A stretch of DNA of 24,825 nt from IMG/VR virus record IMGVR_UViG_3300049009_000175, positions 1 to 24,825 of that record. One strand, 5' to 3'. Within the stretch, counting starts at the first letter, position 1. Each line of letters begins with the position of its first letter. The position numbers were made by a program, and so were the translations under genes. Shown here piece after piece: positions 7,407-16,502 of this stretch. The notes under the pieces were generated by a model, which worked only from the letters and a program-made list of their open reading frames with translations, was not told the origin of the DNA and did not search any database. The stretch comes from a virus. Lineage: Duplodnaviria > Caudoviricetes.

Positions 7407-8759
7407 TTAAAGACCTCGTTTTTTCATTTCGGCAGCGATTGCATCTAAGCTTGGCATTACTCCACCAGCGGCGGGCGCTGCACTTGCAGGAGGTGGGACT
7501 AACCCAACTCTTACCATGCGATCCTTAGCAGCAGTCCAACCGGCTAACCGTTCTGCTGCTGTTCGTCTTGGGTTTGCAACGTCGCCCAATGCACTGACAA
7601 TAAATTCACGGTCGGTATTAGAGATACCTGCACCCAACTTACCACCAGCGAGATCTGTAGCGATTTGGTTAGCGGTTCCTTCAAGAGCAGCAATAGCGGC
7701 TTTACCTGGTGTGGTATACCCAATGAAACCCAACAAACCAGTGGTTCCTGCTTGCAATCCACCACTGGTGGATTTTTCAATTAACGTCGATATGTCATCT
7801 TTACCTGTAACGGGATCATATCCAGCCGATTTCAATGCTTTAACCGTAGCCTGTTGATCTTTCTGGGTTTGTATTTCAGGCAATGGTGTAAATTTACCAG
7901 TGGGTGTTGCTGCTGTTGGGCGACTAATGAACCCTCCAGAAATAGGATCAAACACTGGACGATTTGCCAATTCAAGCGCTTGCTGTTGCCCAGTTTGAGC
8001 GACATTTAAGTTACCTTGGGATACTTTAAGTTGTCCCTGAGAAATCTTGTTTTGCTCAACTTGGTAAGGTGTCATGCCAGCAGCTTGACTCGGCATCACT
8101 TCTTGCTTAAACGTGGGGCTATTTGGGTTCTTATCGATAAATTTAATGCTACCGTCCCCCAGCTTCACTTCAATAGGATCGGGTGCTACGAGCTTCATAG
8201 CAGCAATACCTTCAGGGTGAGATGACACATAGCTTTGAATTAAATCGATTCGTTGCTTAGGGTCAATTACTTGGGAAAACTGTGTACGTAATGCTTTCGT
8301 ATCAATCCCTTGAGCATCAAGCATGGAGAATGCCGTATTCAGTCCAGTATCACTAGGGTCTTTTAAAGCAGTGATCAACCCACTACCCAGTGCCTTCATT
8401 TGCTGTGCTTGCACTTCACCTTTGACCTTAGCAAGAGCAGCAGGTTGTGCTTCAATTTCACCTTGTAGCTTTTTACCAGTAAGTCCAGCATTCTGTGCCT
8501 CATTGATTGCCTTAAGTGCCGCAACACCAGGTGTCCCAAATTGGGTCAATCCTTCAGGCTTGTACTCCGGACTACGCATGTAGTTCAGCATACCCTCGTT
8601 AAGCGTATCCGCCCGTTGAGCAGAAGATAACTGATACTTAGCCAAAGCATTTTGAGTTGCACCAGCATTTAATTGCTGCATCTTGGCATAGCTAGCGAAC
8701 GGGTCAACTGGTGCCTGAAACTGGGCACCTTGCGCGATAAGGGAATTTAGATCAGCCAT
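7407..8759 (-). CDS. DNA ejection protein, P22 gp20-position
   Basis: 450 aa, Ala/Gln-rich; middle gene of the ejection trio; AGGT RBS. Confidence 0.65.
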   Translation of the reverse strand: MADLNSLIAQGAQFQAPVDPFASYAKMQQLNAGATQNALAKYQLSSAQRADTLNEGMLNYMRSPEYKPEGLTQFGTPGVAALKAINEAQNAGLTGKKLQGEIEAQPAALAKVKGEVQAQQMKALGSGLITALKDPSDTGLNTAFSMLDAQGIDTKALRTQFSQVIDPKQRIDLIQSYVSSHPEGIAAMKLVAPDPIEVKLGDGSIKFIDKNPNSPTFKQEVMPSQAAGMTPYQVEQNKISQGQLKVSQGNLNVAQTGQQQALELANRPVFDPISGGFISRPTAATPTGKFTPLPEIQTQKDQQATVKALKSAGYDPVTGKDDISTLIEKSTSGGLQAGTTGLLGFIGYTTPGKAAIAALEGTANQIATDLAGGKLGAGISNTDREFIVSALGDVANPRRTAAERLAGWTAAKDRMVRVGLVPPPASAAPAAGGVMPSLDAIAAEMKKRGL

Positions 8760-8767
8760 GATTTACC

Positions 8768-9532
8768 TTATGGGTACATTGTCGATGTGGGTGGCCCCAT
8801 CGGGTTAGATGATTGTTGGTTGTAGTAATTGTTCAGGTTCTGCTGACCCATATACTGATTAAAGTTCTGCTGGTTCTGATAACTACTAGCCATTGTACCG
8901 AGAGCATTGTTTATGGTGTTACCTTGACCCATCGCGCCAGCGGCCATTGATTGACCAGCAGCATTGATCGCATTGGCACCGGCATTACCGTAGTTGCCAG
9001 CAGCAGCAGCCTGATTGTTTACCGCTGCCTGACCCGACTGCATCAGGCTACCCAATGGGTTTAACTGGTTAGCACGATTGGTTTGATAACGGTTGAATGC
9101 GTTGCTGTACTCTTGCGACCCCATGTCTTGACCATATCGAGTTGCAGCCTTGAGAGCACCACCGGAGATTAGTCCACCACGAGCAGCAGCTTGTCGATCA
9201 AGAGCTTTCTGACCCTCCGACACACGGAATGCGTAGCCTGGGTCTTGCTGGAAGTCTTGCATGGAGAAGTCTTGAGCATACTTGCCGTAGCCAGCAGCAC
9301 CTGCGTTTCCACCAAGACCCATCAGTTCCATCAGTCGATTCTGACCTGTTAGACCTGCTTGTGCGTATGGTTGGTTCCGAGCAACCTGCTCGTCGTACAT
9401 CTGCTTCTGAAGGTCTTGACCACGAGCAGCGGCATCCGCTTGCATACTGGCGGCAGATCGTTGACTAGATGAACTCATTAGTCCACCGACAAGTCCCGCA
9501 CCCGCTATCGTTCCCGTTACTGGATCAGGCAT
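8768..9532 (-). CDS. DNA ejection protein, P22 gp7-like
   Basis: Gly/Ala hydrophobic N-terminus (MPDPVTGTIAGAGLVGGLMS), then A/Q/N/G-rich body with DPGYAFR...AAARGGLISGGALKA. Start reassigned to ATG 9532, with GGGAG RBS. Confidence 0.8.
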   Translation of the reverse strand: MPDPVTGTIAGAGLVGGLMSSSSQRSAASMQADAAARGQDLQKQMYDEQVARNQPYAQAGLTGQNRLMELMGLGGNAGAAGYGKYAQDFSMQDFQQDPGYAFRVSEGQKALDRQAAARGGLISGGALKAATRYGQDMGSQEYSNAFNRYQTNRANQLNPLGSLMQSGQAAVNNQAAAAGNYGNAGANAINAAGQSMAAGAMGQGNTINNALGTMASSYQNQQNFNQYMGQQNLNNYYNQQSSNPMGPPTSTMYP

Positions 9533-9995
9533 GTTCATTCTCCCACTCATCAAAAGTTTCAAAAGCGTAAAACTCGCGGATTTCGCGGGACACTTTACGC
9601 ATATGTTCAAATCCGCCAATCAAGAAGGCAGTGGCGATGTGAAGTTCAATTCCCATGTTGCGAATATGAAAAGCAAGATTTCTCAAATGCTTCTTGTCGC
9701 TCTTGCACATTTCATTTGCATCATGGAACCCATTTATTGATGCCATGATCAATGGTTGGTAATAGGCATAGTTTGCCACAAACCAAGGGTTAGCAGGAAG
9801 AACAAACATCAGTGATGTGAACACCCGATTTACATGGGTGTCACTGATAGGATTGTCTTTGTCGATCAAGTCATCCCAAAGCTCAACGGCATCAAAGAAG
9901 CAATTCAGAAAGTCAATGGCGTTTTGATTACCAAGGCACCAGTCACGCTTATTAATCTGGTTTTGCTCTTGCCAGTCTTGGGACATTACGGGCAT
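9525..9995 (-). CDS. Small protein with DDxxD motif (isoprenoid synthase/prenyltransferase-like), in the P22 gp14 position
   Basis: ELWDDLIDKD motif at 9855-9884. Start reassigned to ATG 9995 (GGGGTG RBS). Overlaps the gp7-like start by 8 nt. CDS is well supported; function is inferred. Confidence 0.6.
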   Translation of the reverse strand: MPVMSQDWQEQNQINKRDWCLGNQNAIDFLNCFFDAVELWDDLIDKDNPISDTHVNRVFTSLMFVLPANPWFVANYAYYQPLIMASINGFHDANEMCKSDKKHLRNLAFHIRNMGIELHIATAFLIGGFEHMRKVSREIREFYAFETFDEWENEHA

Positions 9996-10006
9996 CAGAT
10001 CACCCC

Positions 10007-10276
10007 TTAACGAAGTTTCGTAATCTGAGCATCCACGCCAGCCAACCATCCATTGTCGATCCCCAGTACCGCTTCACGAATCCTGCGAGGGGTGATGCTG
10101 GCTTCAAGGTTGCCAATCCGTAGAGCAATCGTTTCCTTTAGGCTTGGCACAGGGTTCTGGATAGCTTGCACTTGTGCATCGGTAGCAAGTACAAAATCAG
10201 CAGGGATAAGGTCGTCTTGCGAACCGTCAAGCTCGTAGGCAAACAAGGAACCGGCAGGAGAGATGTAATGTTTCAT
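10007..10276 (-). CDS. Tail fibre assembly/chaperone-like protein
   Basis: MKHYISPAGSLFAYELDGSQDDLIP pattern; lies directly after the fibre gene. Start reassigned to ATG 10276 (AAGGA RBS). Confidence 0.65.
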   Translation of the reverse strand: MKHYISPAGSLFAYELDGSQDDLIPADFVLATDAQVQAIQNPVPSLKETIALRIGNLEASITPRRIREAVLGIDNGWLAGVDAQITKLR

Positions 10277-10284
10277 TTTGATCC

Positions 10285-11358
10285 TTAGCGCAGTTCTGTC
10301 CAAAGACTCAAGGTTGCACCAACTACAACCAGCGAGTATGTTGCACCAATCGGCACCACACCTGACACATTCCCAAGCCATGCGACGTTACTGGTTCCGA
10401 TACCTGTTTGCATCACATTTACACCCCCGATAACCAATGTTCCGTTCTGTGACTGTGATCCCGTGCAAGTGATTGCCACTTGAATCGGTTTACCTGTACT
10501 GTTGGTGTAGGTTGTACCAGCAACTCGACCAGGGGTTGTCTTTACATCTTGCCAAGTTTGATCAACACCCAGATCAATTGACCGAGCATATGCAGTTGAT
10601 GCGGCCTTGGTGCTGTTATCGGTTGATGTGGGAGTCGGTACAATCGGTGAGCTACTGAATGTCTTCACCCCTGCAACAGTCTCAGCACCTGTGAGATGCA
10701 CCACGGCAGTATCGTTTGCCGGTGTGTAGCCGATGTTTGATACAGCAGCACCGCTTGCCAACTTAGCAGCAATCACAGAACCATCAGCAAGAATAGCCTT
10801 GGTTATCTGGAACCGTGTGCCATCGTACTGAACGTTCGCAATCTGACCAACCACCAGTTCACCGCCCGACAAAACACTGCTGGCACCAACGGTGATCTCC
10901 TTGGCACCTAGTCCATCAACGGAGATGGTCACGGCACCCGTGTTGGCGTTGACCGGCACAAAGCTCAAGGTCATACCTGCCACGTATGCTGTGTACGGGG
11001 GAACTGATGTACCGAGCAACGTATTCGTACCAGTGACCGTAATCAGGTTGTTGAAGACACCTGGATCATCAATAGCTGGTAGATTGTCGTATGTGCCAAT
11101 GGTTACACCCGTCGAGGTCTTCAGTACAAACTTGTAGTTCACACCACCACTTACCCAAATCTCGTTAGGTGTACGACCACCAGCATCCAAGACGATAGGG
11201 TTCGTATTGGCCACAGCAGCGGAGTTGGTAGTCCAAGTGGTGGCGGGAGTTGTGGTGCCTGCGGTATAGACGTACAACAGACCACCCACCAAAGGGACAC
11301 CGTTATCGTCAAAGAACTGAGCACCTGCTCCTGCGAATGATGAAATGTTGTATGCCAT
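10285..11358 (-). CDS. Tail fibre protein with N-terminal virion-binding domain
   Basis: N-terminal QFFDDNGVPLVGGLLYVYTAGTTTP...NTNPIVLDAGGR; fibre-type segment VVHLTGAETVAGVKTFSSSP; C-terminal QTWQDV...GTTYTNSTGKPI domain. Confidence 0.8.
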   Translation of the reverse strand: MAYNISSFAGAGAQFFDDNGVPLVGGLLYVYTAGTTTPATTWTTNSAAVANTNPIVLDAGGRTPNEIWVSGGVNYKFVLKTSTGVTIGTYDNLPAIDDPGVFNNLITVTGTNTLLGTSVPPYTAYVAGMTLSFVPVNANTGAVTISVDGLGAKEITVGASSVLSGGELVVGQIANVQYDGTRFQITKAILADGSVIAAKLASGAAVSNIGYTPANDTAVVHLTGAETVAGVKTFSSSPIVPTPTSTDNSTKAASTAYARSIDLGVDQTWQDVKTTPGRVAGTTYTNSTGKPIQVAITCTGSQSQNGTLVIGGVNVMQTGIGTSNVAWLGNVSGVVPIGATYSLVVVGATLSLWTELR

Positions 11359-11365
11359 ATTTGCC

Positions 11366-12118
11366 TTAGATGATCTGATTCATCGTGATGATAACGCCGG
11401 GTGATTGCGGCACCAATGGGGTAGTGGTTGCAGGAATCGTAAAAATCTGGGTTGTACCAGTTCGAGACAACCAGTACAACTCGATGTACTGCCCTGCTGT
11501 CACCGCCTGATAGATGTTCATGGCAATAATGATACTGCCCGATAGTCCACCGTGCTTCTTGGGAATCGTGACAGTACTCGCACTGTTTCCGACGTTCGTG
11601 CCCACGAGTTTGAACCAGATGGTTACGTCGTCATCACTGGTAGTATCAGCATTCTGCAACTGCACACTGATTTGGACGTTGTACACACCGGCATTGGTGA
11701 AATAAATACGGGAAGCCGGTGATCCAAGATCAACAAGATTATGGTAGTCGGATGTATCAAAAGTAACAGCAATTGGTGTATTAGCTACACCCGTCTGGGT
11801 TGTCCGAGCATCAAATGATCCGTACGCCACATCAATCCACTGAGGCATGTTGGTGCCATCCGTACCCAAGTATGACGGTGATGCGATACCAGGTGCGTGC
11901 AGCTTGGCAAGCGTGTTGGCAGTAGGAGCGTACAGCAGATCACCGGCAGCGTATGTTGTGATACCTGTTCCACCACTCGACACTGGTACAACACCATCAG
12001 CCAACCCGATATACTCGTACAGGTTGCTGAAAAACCTGAACCAAGGGCGCGAGAACAATGATGTGTTCGGCTCAGTGATCGCAACCCGATTGGCAGGGAT
12101 TTGGGTATCGTTAAGCAT
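11366..12118 (-). CDS. Tail needle-position (gp26-like) protein with C-terminal beta-rich knob
   Basis: Follows the gp10-like gene; contains VPVSSGGTG fibre motif and a C1q/BclA-like pattern (IYFTNAGVYNVQISVQL...GQYIELYW). Start is either ATG 12118 or GTG 12127. Confidence 0.6.
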   Translation of the reverse strand: MLNDTQIPANRVAITEPNTSLFSRPWFRFFSNLYEYIGLADGVVPVSSGGTGITTYAAGDLLYAPTANTLAKLHAPGIASPSYLGTDGTNMPQWIDVAYGSFDARTTQTGVANTPIAVTFDTSDYHNLVDLGSPASRIYFTNAGVYNVQISVQLQNADTTSDDDVTIWFKLVGTNVGNSASTVTIPKKHGGLSGSIIIAMNIYQAVTAGQYIELYWLSRTGTTQIFTIPATTTPLVPQSPGVIITMNQII

Positions 12119-13628
12119 TGGTGCCACTGATTAAGAGTTCGGCACCCACGATGGTGATCTTCACGGGATCGGTGCCTGATATCTCATACACCCGATCACG
12201 CAGCTTCTGGGTCATACCAAGCCTACGCCAGATCATCCGTTTGAAATACTCACCTGTGGCACCCATAGACAACCAGTGTTCATTACTCCACGTGTGACCA
12301 CCATCATCAGACCATCGCAGCATGACCTGAGCTTGGTTCAGTGCGCTTATGTCAGTCTCTTGGATAAGTGCATCACCCGACTCAGTAATGATCAACTCAC
12401 CTGATTGAGTCAATAGACCTGTACCAAGATCAATGTTGATCACAGCACCCGTCTCACAGTCGAGTTGGAGACTGTGGTGCGCAGTACGCTTCAGGTTGTT
12501 CTGTCCCGTGGGCAGAGCACGCCATGACCGCAGCCACTTTTGGATACGGTCGTGGTCGGAATACTTGTCCATATCAAAAGCGTACAAGTTACCGTTCTGG
12601 TAATCCCCTACGACATTAGCATTGCTGAAGTATGTCTGGCAGTTGCTGCGATGGCGGGTGAACTGACCGTTAGACCAGCCTGCACGCTCATGCCATGCTT
12701 GAGTGGACACATCGTAGACCCATGTGGCGTTAGCCGATGGGAAGGACAGCACATAGAACGAGTGGCCGTCTTGCTGGTACGTGTAGGCCACAGCATCTGA
12801 GATGTCAGCGTATTGCTGGATCTGCCACTCAATTGCGTGGGTACTGATACGCACGCCAGAATAACCATTGGATCGGTACACGATGCCTTTACCACGACGG
12901 TCAGCACCCAGCCAAAACAGGCCGTTATCCAGCTTGGCTACAGAGAACGTAGCAGCACAGCCAATCTCGTTAAAAGCGCCCTGAATGCGTTGTAGAGGGA
13001 AGTCAACATTACCCGAGTCGTACCAGACCTCAATCGAATTGGTTCCAAACAGCCACACCTCAGAGTGATCCACGATTGACGATACCAAGCCATCGGGGTC
13101 ACCCTCGGCACTGGCGAAATCCAACGGATCAACGGACAGCGGGTCATTGAGTGCTGTAACCCAGACCAACTGACTATTGGGTTCAATATAAACAAAGTAC
13201 CCATCCAGATAGGACACGGTTAGCGCACCTGTGAAGTCAGGGTCAGTAACCTGAGCAAACGCATTCGTGAGCGTGTTGTAGACGTACATCGGGCCATTGC
13301 AAGCAATGACGACTTGTGTCCCGTTGTCTGACATAGACACATGTGTAGCAGCGTCAGTGACAAGCCCCAATTGAGTCACCACATACGATGGGTCAACCTT
13401 GTACAAGTACCGACCTGACACCACGAACAAATTGACCCCTACTGTGCGTATGCCACGAATGGGGCCGGTGCCCACAGTCTGAAGCAGACGAAGCCCTGGG
13501 GCACGGTTCAAGAAGCCAGGCTCCTTACCCCCCTCGGGCACGGCTTCTGGGAACAAGTTGATCATGCGGTTATCCGCAGCATTGACGCTACGGGCTACAT
13601 ATGATGAACCCAGAATTGGTGACTTCAT
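12111..13628 (-). CDS. Tail hub / packaged DNA stabilization protein, P22 gp10-like
   Basis: 505 aa beta-propeller-like sequence (MSDNGTQ, YLDGYFV, FASAEGDPD, WSDDGGHTWS, WRRLG); synteny. Confidence 0.88.
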   Translation of the reverse strand: MKSPILGSSYVARSVNAADNRMINLFPEAVPEGGKEPGFLNRAPGLRLLQTVGTGPIRGIRTVGVNLFVVSGRYLYKVDPSYVVTQLGLVTDAATHVSMSDNGTQVVIACNGPMYVYNTLTNAFAQVTDPDFTGALTVSYLDGYFVYIEPNSQLVWVTALNDPLSVDPLDFASAEGDPDGLVSSIVDHSEVWLFGTNSIEVWYDSGNVDFPLQRIQGAFNEIGCAATFSVAKLDNGLFWLGADRRGKGIVYRSNGYSGVRISTHAIEWQIQQYADISDAVAYTYQQDGHSFYVLSFPSANATWVYDVSTQAWHERAGWSNGQFTRHRSNCQTYFSNANVVGDYQNGNLYAFDMDKYSDHDRIQKWLRSWRALPTGQNNLKRTAHHSLQLDCETGAVINIDLGTGLLTQSGELIITESGDALIQETDISALNQAQVMLRWSDDGGHTWSNEHWLSMGATGEYFKRMIWRRLGMTQKLRDRVYEISGTDPVKITIVGAELLISGTNA

Positions 13629-14341
13629 TAGTAGTTACCGGCATAGACGTTGAACCGCTGACGAGAGGCAACCAACGAGTAAGGCATCGACATCAGATCC
13701 ATGCCGTTGTTAGTACGCTTCAGGTTACGCTTCGAAGTCATGGCGATCCGTGCCACGGTGGGCGAGGGTTCAACACCAAACTCAGCCGCTATTTCACAGG
13801 CCAGTCCGTACTTGAACGCACGCATATAACCAGGGGGGAACGCCAACTCAGTTGCCAAAGTAGCAGGTTGTGCCAACACCTGTGCTGAAATGATGTGCCA
13901 CTCCAAGTCCCGAGTGGGCTTGGGGTAGACAGTCATTGTGATGTTTGGGTGTTCCATGTTGATCCACAAGACCTGTGGATAAGTGGAAGTAACCGTCTTC
14001 ACTGCAATACCATCGTATTGCTGCTGATTGATGATCTTGATACCAAACGATACGTTGGTGCCTGGGTCACGGTAGTAGGTGGAATCCTCCACCGCAATCG
14101 GGCGAAGCCCAATGAAACTACCAGTAGGGCCGACAGTCTGAGTCAGAACACCAGCAGGCCAAGTGAACACTTGGTCAATCGTGTTGTAGATCATCAGATG
14201 CTCAGTTGACCATGAGTCAAGCATCTGGTTCATGGCAGACAGAGCATCCTGAGATGTCGAGGCTGACGGGGTTTCACCTTCAGCCAGTACACCTAGCAAC
14301 CGCAAGGCGGCGTTGATTTGATCACCAGCGGTTACAGACAT
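13628..14341 (-). CDS. Head-to-tail adaptor, P22 gp4-like
   Basis: TAGDQINAALRLLGVL...ALSAMNQMLDSW...LACEIAAEFGVEP pattern; directly precedes the gp10-like gene. Confidence 0.8.
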   Translation of the reverse strand: MSVTAGDQINAALRLLGVLAEGETPSASTSQDALSAMNQMLDSWSTEHLMIYNTIDQVFTWPAGVLTQTVGPTGSFIGLRPIAVEDSTYYRDPGTNVSFGIKIINQQQYDGIAVKTVTSTYPQVLWINMEHPNITMTVYPKPTRDLEWHIISAQVLAQPATLATELAFPPGYMRAFKYGLACEIAAEFGVEPSPTVARIAMTSKRNLKRTNNGMDLMSMPYSLVASRQRFNVYAGNY

Positions 14342-14343
14342 AC

Positions 14344-14541
14344 TCAGACTCCTTCAGTTGCCAATTCAGCTTTTCGGTATTTTCGCTTCAACCGCAAAGT
14401 ATTCTCGGATGGCAATTCTTCGAGAAACGAGGGGATGTCAGGATTGTAACGCAACCAGCCATTTGACTCATCAAATACTGCCTCCATCTCCATCGTTGCT
14501 ACTTTGGATCCATGTATGGGATGTTTGAGATAAATGTTCAT
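14344..14541 (-). CDS. Hypothetical protein (65 aa)
   Basis: Fills the operon gap on the coding strand; its 3' end carries the GGAG RBS for the gp4-like gene. Confidence 0.7.
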   Translation of the reverse strand: MNIYLKHPIHGSKVATMEMEAVFDESNGWLRYNPDIPSFLEELPSENTLRLKRKYRKAELATEGV

Positions 14542-14544
14542 TTG

Positions 14545-14566
14545 AAAACGGGGGCCGAAGCCCCCG
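14545..14566 (-). terminator. Intrinsic terminator-like hairpin with cUUCGg tetraloop
   Basis: Minus strand reads CGGGGGC-TTCG-GCCCCCG-TTTT. Confidence 0.8.
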
Positions 14567-14571
14567 ATACA

Positions 14572-14790
14572 TTAGGCAGTGATGCCGATGTTTTTCAGTG
14601 CAGTGCGAATTGCATTGATTGCAGTTGCCAACTCAGTACCTGTAGCGGTATTGGTGACAGCAGTGATGGCAGCAGCTTGGGCAACAGGGGTATTACCGTA
14701 AAACGATACAGTTCCTCCCAATTTACTCAAGACAGCGCCATCAAGTTGCGGGTCTTCATAGGCAACGCCGATTGCTTTGGTATTTGGCAT
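14572..14790 (-). CDS. Small putative capsid decoration/head fibre protein
   Basis: AAGGA RBS; A/T-rich protein ending AINAIRTALKNIGITA; downstream of the coat gene. Confidence 0.6.
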   Translation of the reverse strand: MPNTKAIGVAYEDPQLDGAVLSKLGGTVSFYGNTPVAQAAAITAVTNTATGTELATAINAIRTALKNIGITA

Positions 14791-14801
14791 GATGTGTCCT
14801 T

Positions 14802-14824
14802 AAAGAAAGGGGCCGAAGCCCCCG
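14802..14824 (-). terminator. Intrinsic terminator-like hairpin with cUUCGg tetraloop
   Basis: Minus strand reads GGGGC-TTCG-GCCCC-TTTCTTT. Confidence 0.8.
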
Positions 14825-14829
14825 TCAGA

Positions 14830-15222
14830 TTACGAGATGCGGTATAGAGTCCAAGTACCAGCAGCCGTCTTACGAGCACTGAAGCGACCCGAGGTGCCAT
14901 TCGCAACAGCCATCGAACCAACCAGTGTCCAGCCAGTGTTGGTCGTCAGAGTGGCCGTACCGGCACCCGTGGCGATGACACTGAACAGGAAAGCAATGTT
15001 GGGTTTTGCGATTGTGACGAACAGTTCGAGGTCAGACACCAGAGGCAACTGCAAGTTAGCAGAAGAGCCGCTGTAGGTCAGGATGCCGGCAGTGATGTCA
15101 GCTACGAGCATCGGGGATGCAGCAGCGGCATAGGTTGCCGGAGTACCCTGGTCGTAAATCTCGACTTCGTTGAGATTGCCGTCACCGAGTTGATAACCAC
15201 CTGCGCCATTTGGAAGAGCCAT
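14830..15222 (-). CDS. Putative capsid decoration/minor head protein
   Basis: Immediately after the coat gene; AAAGGA RBS; beta-rich sequence. Confidence 0.65.
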   Translation of the reverse strand: MALPNGAGGYQLGDGNLNEVEIYDQGTPATYAAAASPMLVADITAGILTYSGSSANLQLPLVSDLELFVTIAKPNIAFLFSVIATGAGTATLTTNTGWTLVGSMAVANGTSGRFSARKTAAGTWTLYRIS

Positions 15223-15245
15223 GATAAATTCCTTTGAAAATTTTG

Positions 15246-15267
15246 AAGAAATGGGCCGAAGCCCCCG
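15246..15267 (-). terminator. Intrinsic terminator-like hairpin after the coat gene
   Basis: Minus strand reads GGGC-TTCG-GCCC-ATTTCTT (weaker stem than the other two copies). Confidence 0.7.
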
Positions 15268-15273
15268 TCAGGA

Positions 15274-16482
15274 TTAACCCCAGATACGGGCAGCCATTTG
15301 AGGACGGATCGCACTGTAGCCGTACAATACATCAATCCGACAAGGCATGCGATCGTTATTGATATCATATTGACGTACAACACGCAGGCTGATACCGTTG
15401 TGAACGGCACGGCTGGCCATATCAACACCTTGGGGCAGCAACAGATCGGCGGTAGCAAAGGTGATGGCATCCTTGTGGTACACCAGATTCTGAGCGTACT
15501 GGCTGGAAGCTGCACCGATGAACGTAACGGTCTTGCCAGAAACAGGCAAAGCGTTCACAGTAGCCAGAGCGTGATTGGCCGAATACATGGCGTACACGGT
15601 CACAGTCCAAGTACCAGACACTGCGGTGGCATCGGCCAGAGCAACAAACTGATACAGCGAACCAGTAGACTCACGGGTCTGAGGATTCACGGCGTAGCAA
15701 TCAGCAACGGTGAACACGTCACCGGCCTTGATGGTCGTGGTGACAGAACCTTGAGCCAGGGTGATCGTTGCCGAGCCTTCAGCCGTGATCGTAGCGCCAA
15801 CGGTGGTGGCGGCAGAAGCATCACGCGAACCAGTGGTGTGCTGCTTGATCGACTGAGACATGTTGACTTCATCAAAGCCCAACACGCCGGTACCCATCAT
15901 GCCGTTGCGGAACTGCTTGGAGATGGTGTCGGTCGGATTGAACAGACCCTTCATACCTTCGACCAAGCCAGCGTTGGCAGCAGGGTTGACGGTAGCGTAA
16001 CGCGGCGACATACCAGCGGCTTGTTCATTCAGCTTTTGTTGAGCTTGCAGCAGAACCAGCGAGGTAGAGGGCGTGGTGCCTGGGGTGCCAACGGACGAAC
16101 CGATGTACTTGTAGGCATTGGCAACGTCAGCATCGATGCTGGATGCAAGTTGGCTGATACGGGGCTTGAGCACACGGTCTGCGAAGTCGTCCAATTGCAT
16201 CGTCAGTTCGGCAGATGTGAAGTTGATGCCGATATGCTTTTGGTTTGCCACAGACAAAGTGGTGTACTGTTCGTTGTCGTCCTGAACTTGCAGGGCGGCA
16301 CCGTCAGTAACCAGAGCACGGTCGGGCAGACGAATACGCAGGGTAGAACCGATCTTGGCACCTTCAACAGCGAAACTGTCATCGTACTGGCGGTTCACGT
16401 TGCGGGTCAAAACAAGGTTATTTTCAAGAATCTCAAGACTCTTGCGGGTGATCATGTCGATCGTTAGGATTGAATTAGCCAT
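15274..16482 (-). CDS. Major capsid protein, P22 coat (gp5) family
   Basis: MANSILTIDMITRKSLEILENNL...KIGSTLRIRLP...CRIDVLYG pattern; 402 aa; GAGG RBS; follows the scaffold gene. Confidence 0.95.
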   Translation of the reverse strand: MANSILTIDMITRKSLEILENNLVLTRNVNRQYDDSFAVEGAKIGSTLRIRLPDRALVTDGAALQVQDDNEQYTTLSVANQKHIGINFTSAELTMQLDDFADRVLKPRISQLASSIDADVANAYKYIGSSVGTPGTTPSTSLVLLQAQQKLNEQAAGMSPRYATVNPAANAGLVEGMKGLFNPTDTISKQFRNGMMGTGVLGFDEVNMSQSIKQHTTGSRDASAATTVGATITAEGSATITLAQGSVTTTIKAGDVFTVADCYAVNPQTRESTGSLYQFVALADATAVSGTWTVTVYAMYSANHALATVNALPVSGKTVTFIGAASSQYAQNLVYHKDAITFATADLLLPQGVDMASRAVHNGISLRVVRQYDINNDRMPCRIDVLYGYSAIRPQMAARIWG

Positions 16483-16502
16483 ATGAATGTCCTCTTAAAA
16501 AA

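Noticed and set aside
9533-10381. Longer track starts at 9619, 10049 and 10381
   Set aside because: They overlap upstream genes extensively. Internal ATGs at 9532, 9995 and 10276 have RBSs and tile the operon.
14545-15271. Repeated palindromes as a CRISPR array or REP elements
   Set aside because: Only three copies, separated by whole genes, each right after a stop codon and followed by a U-rich tract; no cas genes.
15298-16467. 389-aa plus-strand ORF
   Set aside because: It is the antisense shadow of the major capsid gene, expected from the codon bias of a highly expressed gene; no recognisable motif.
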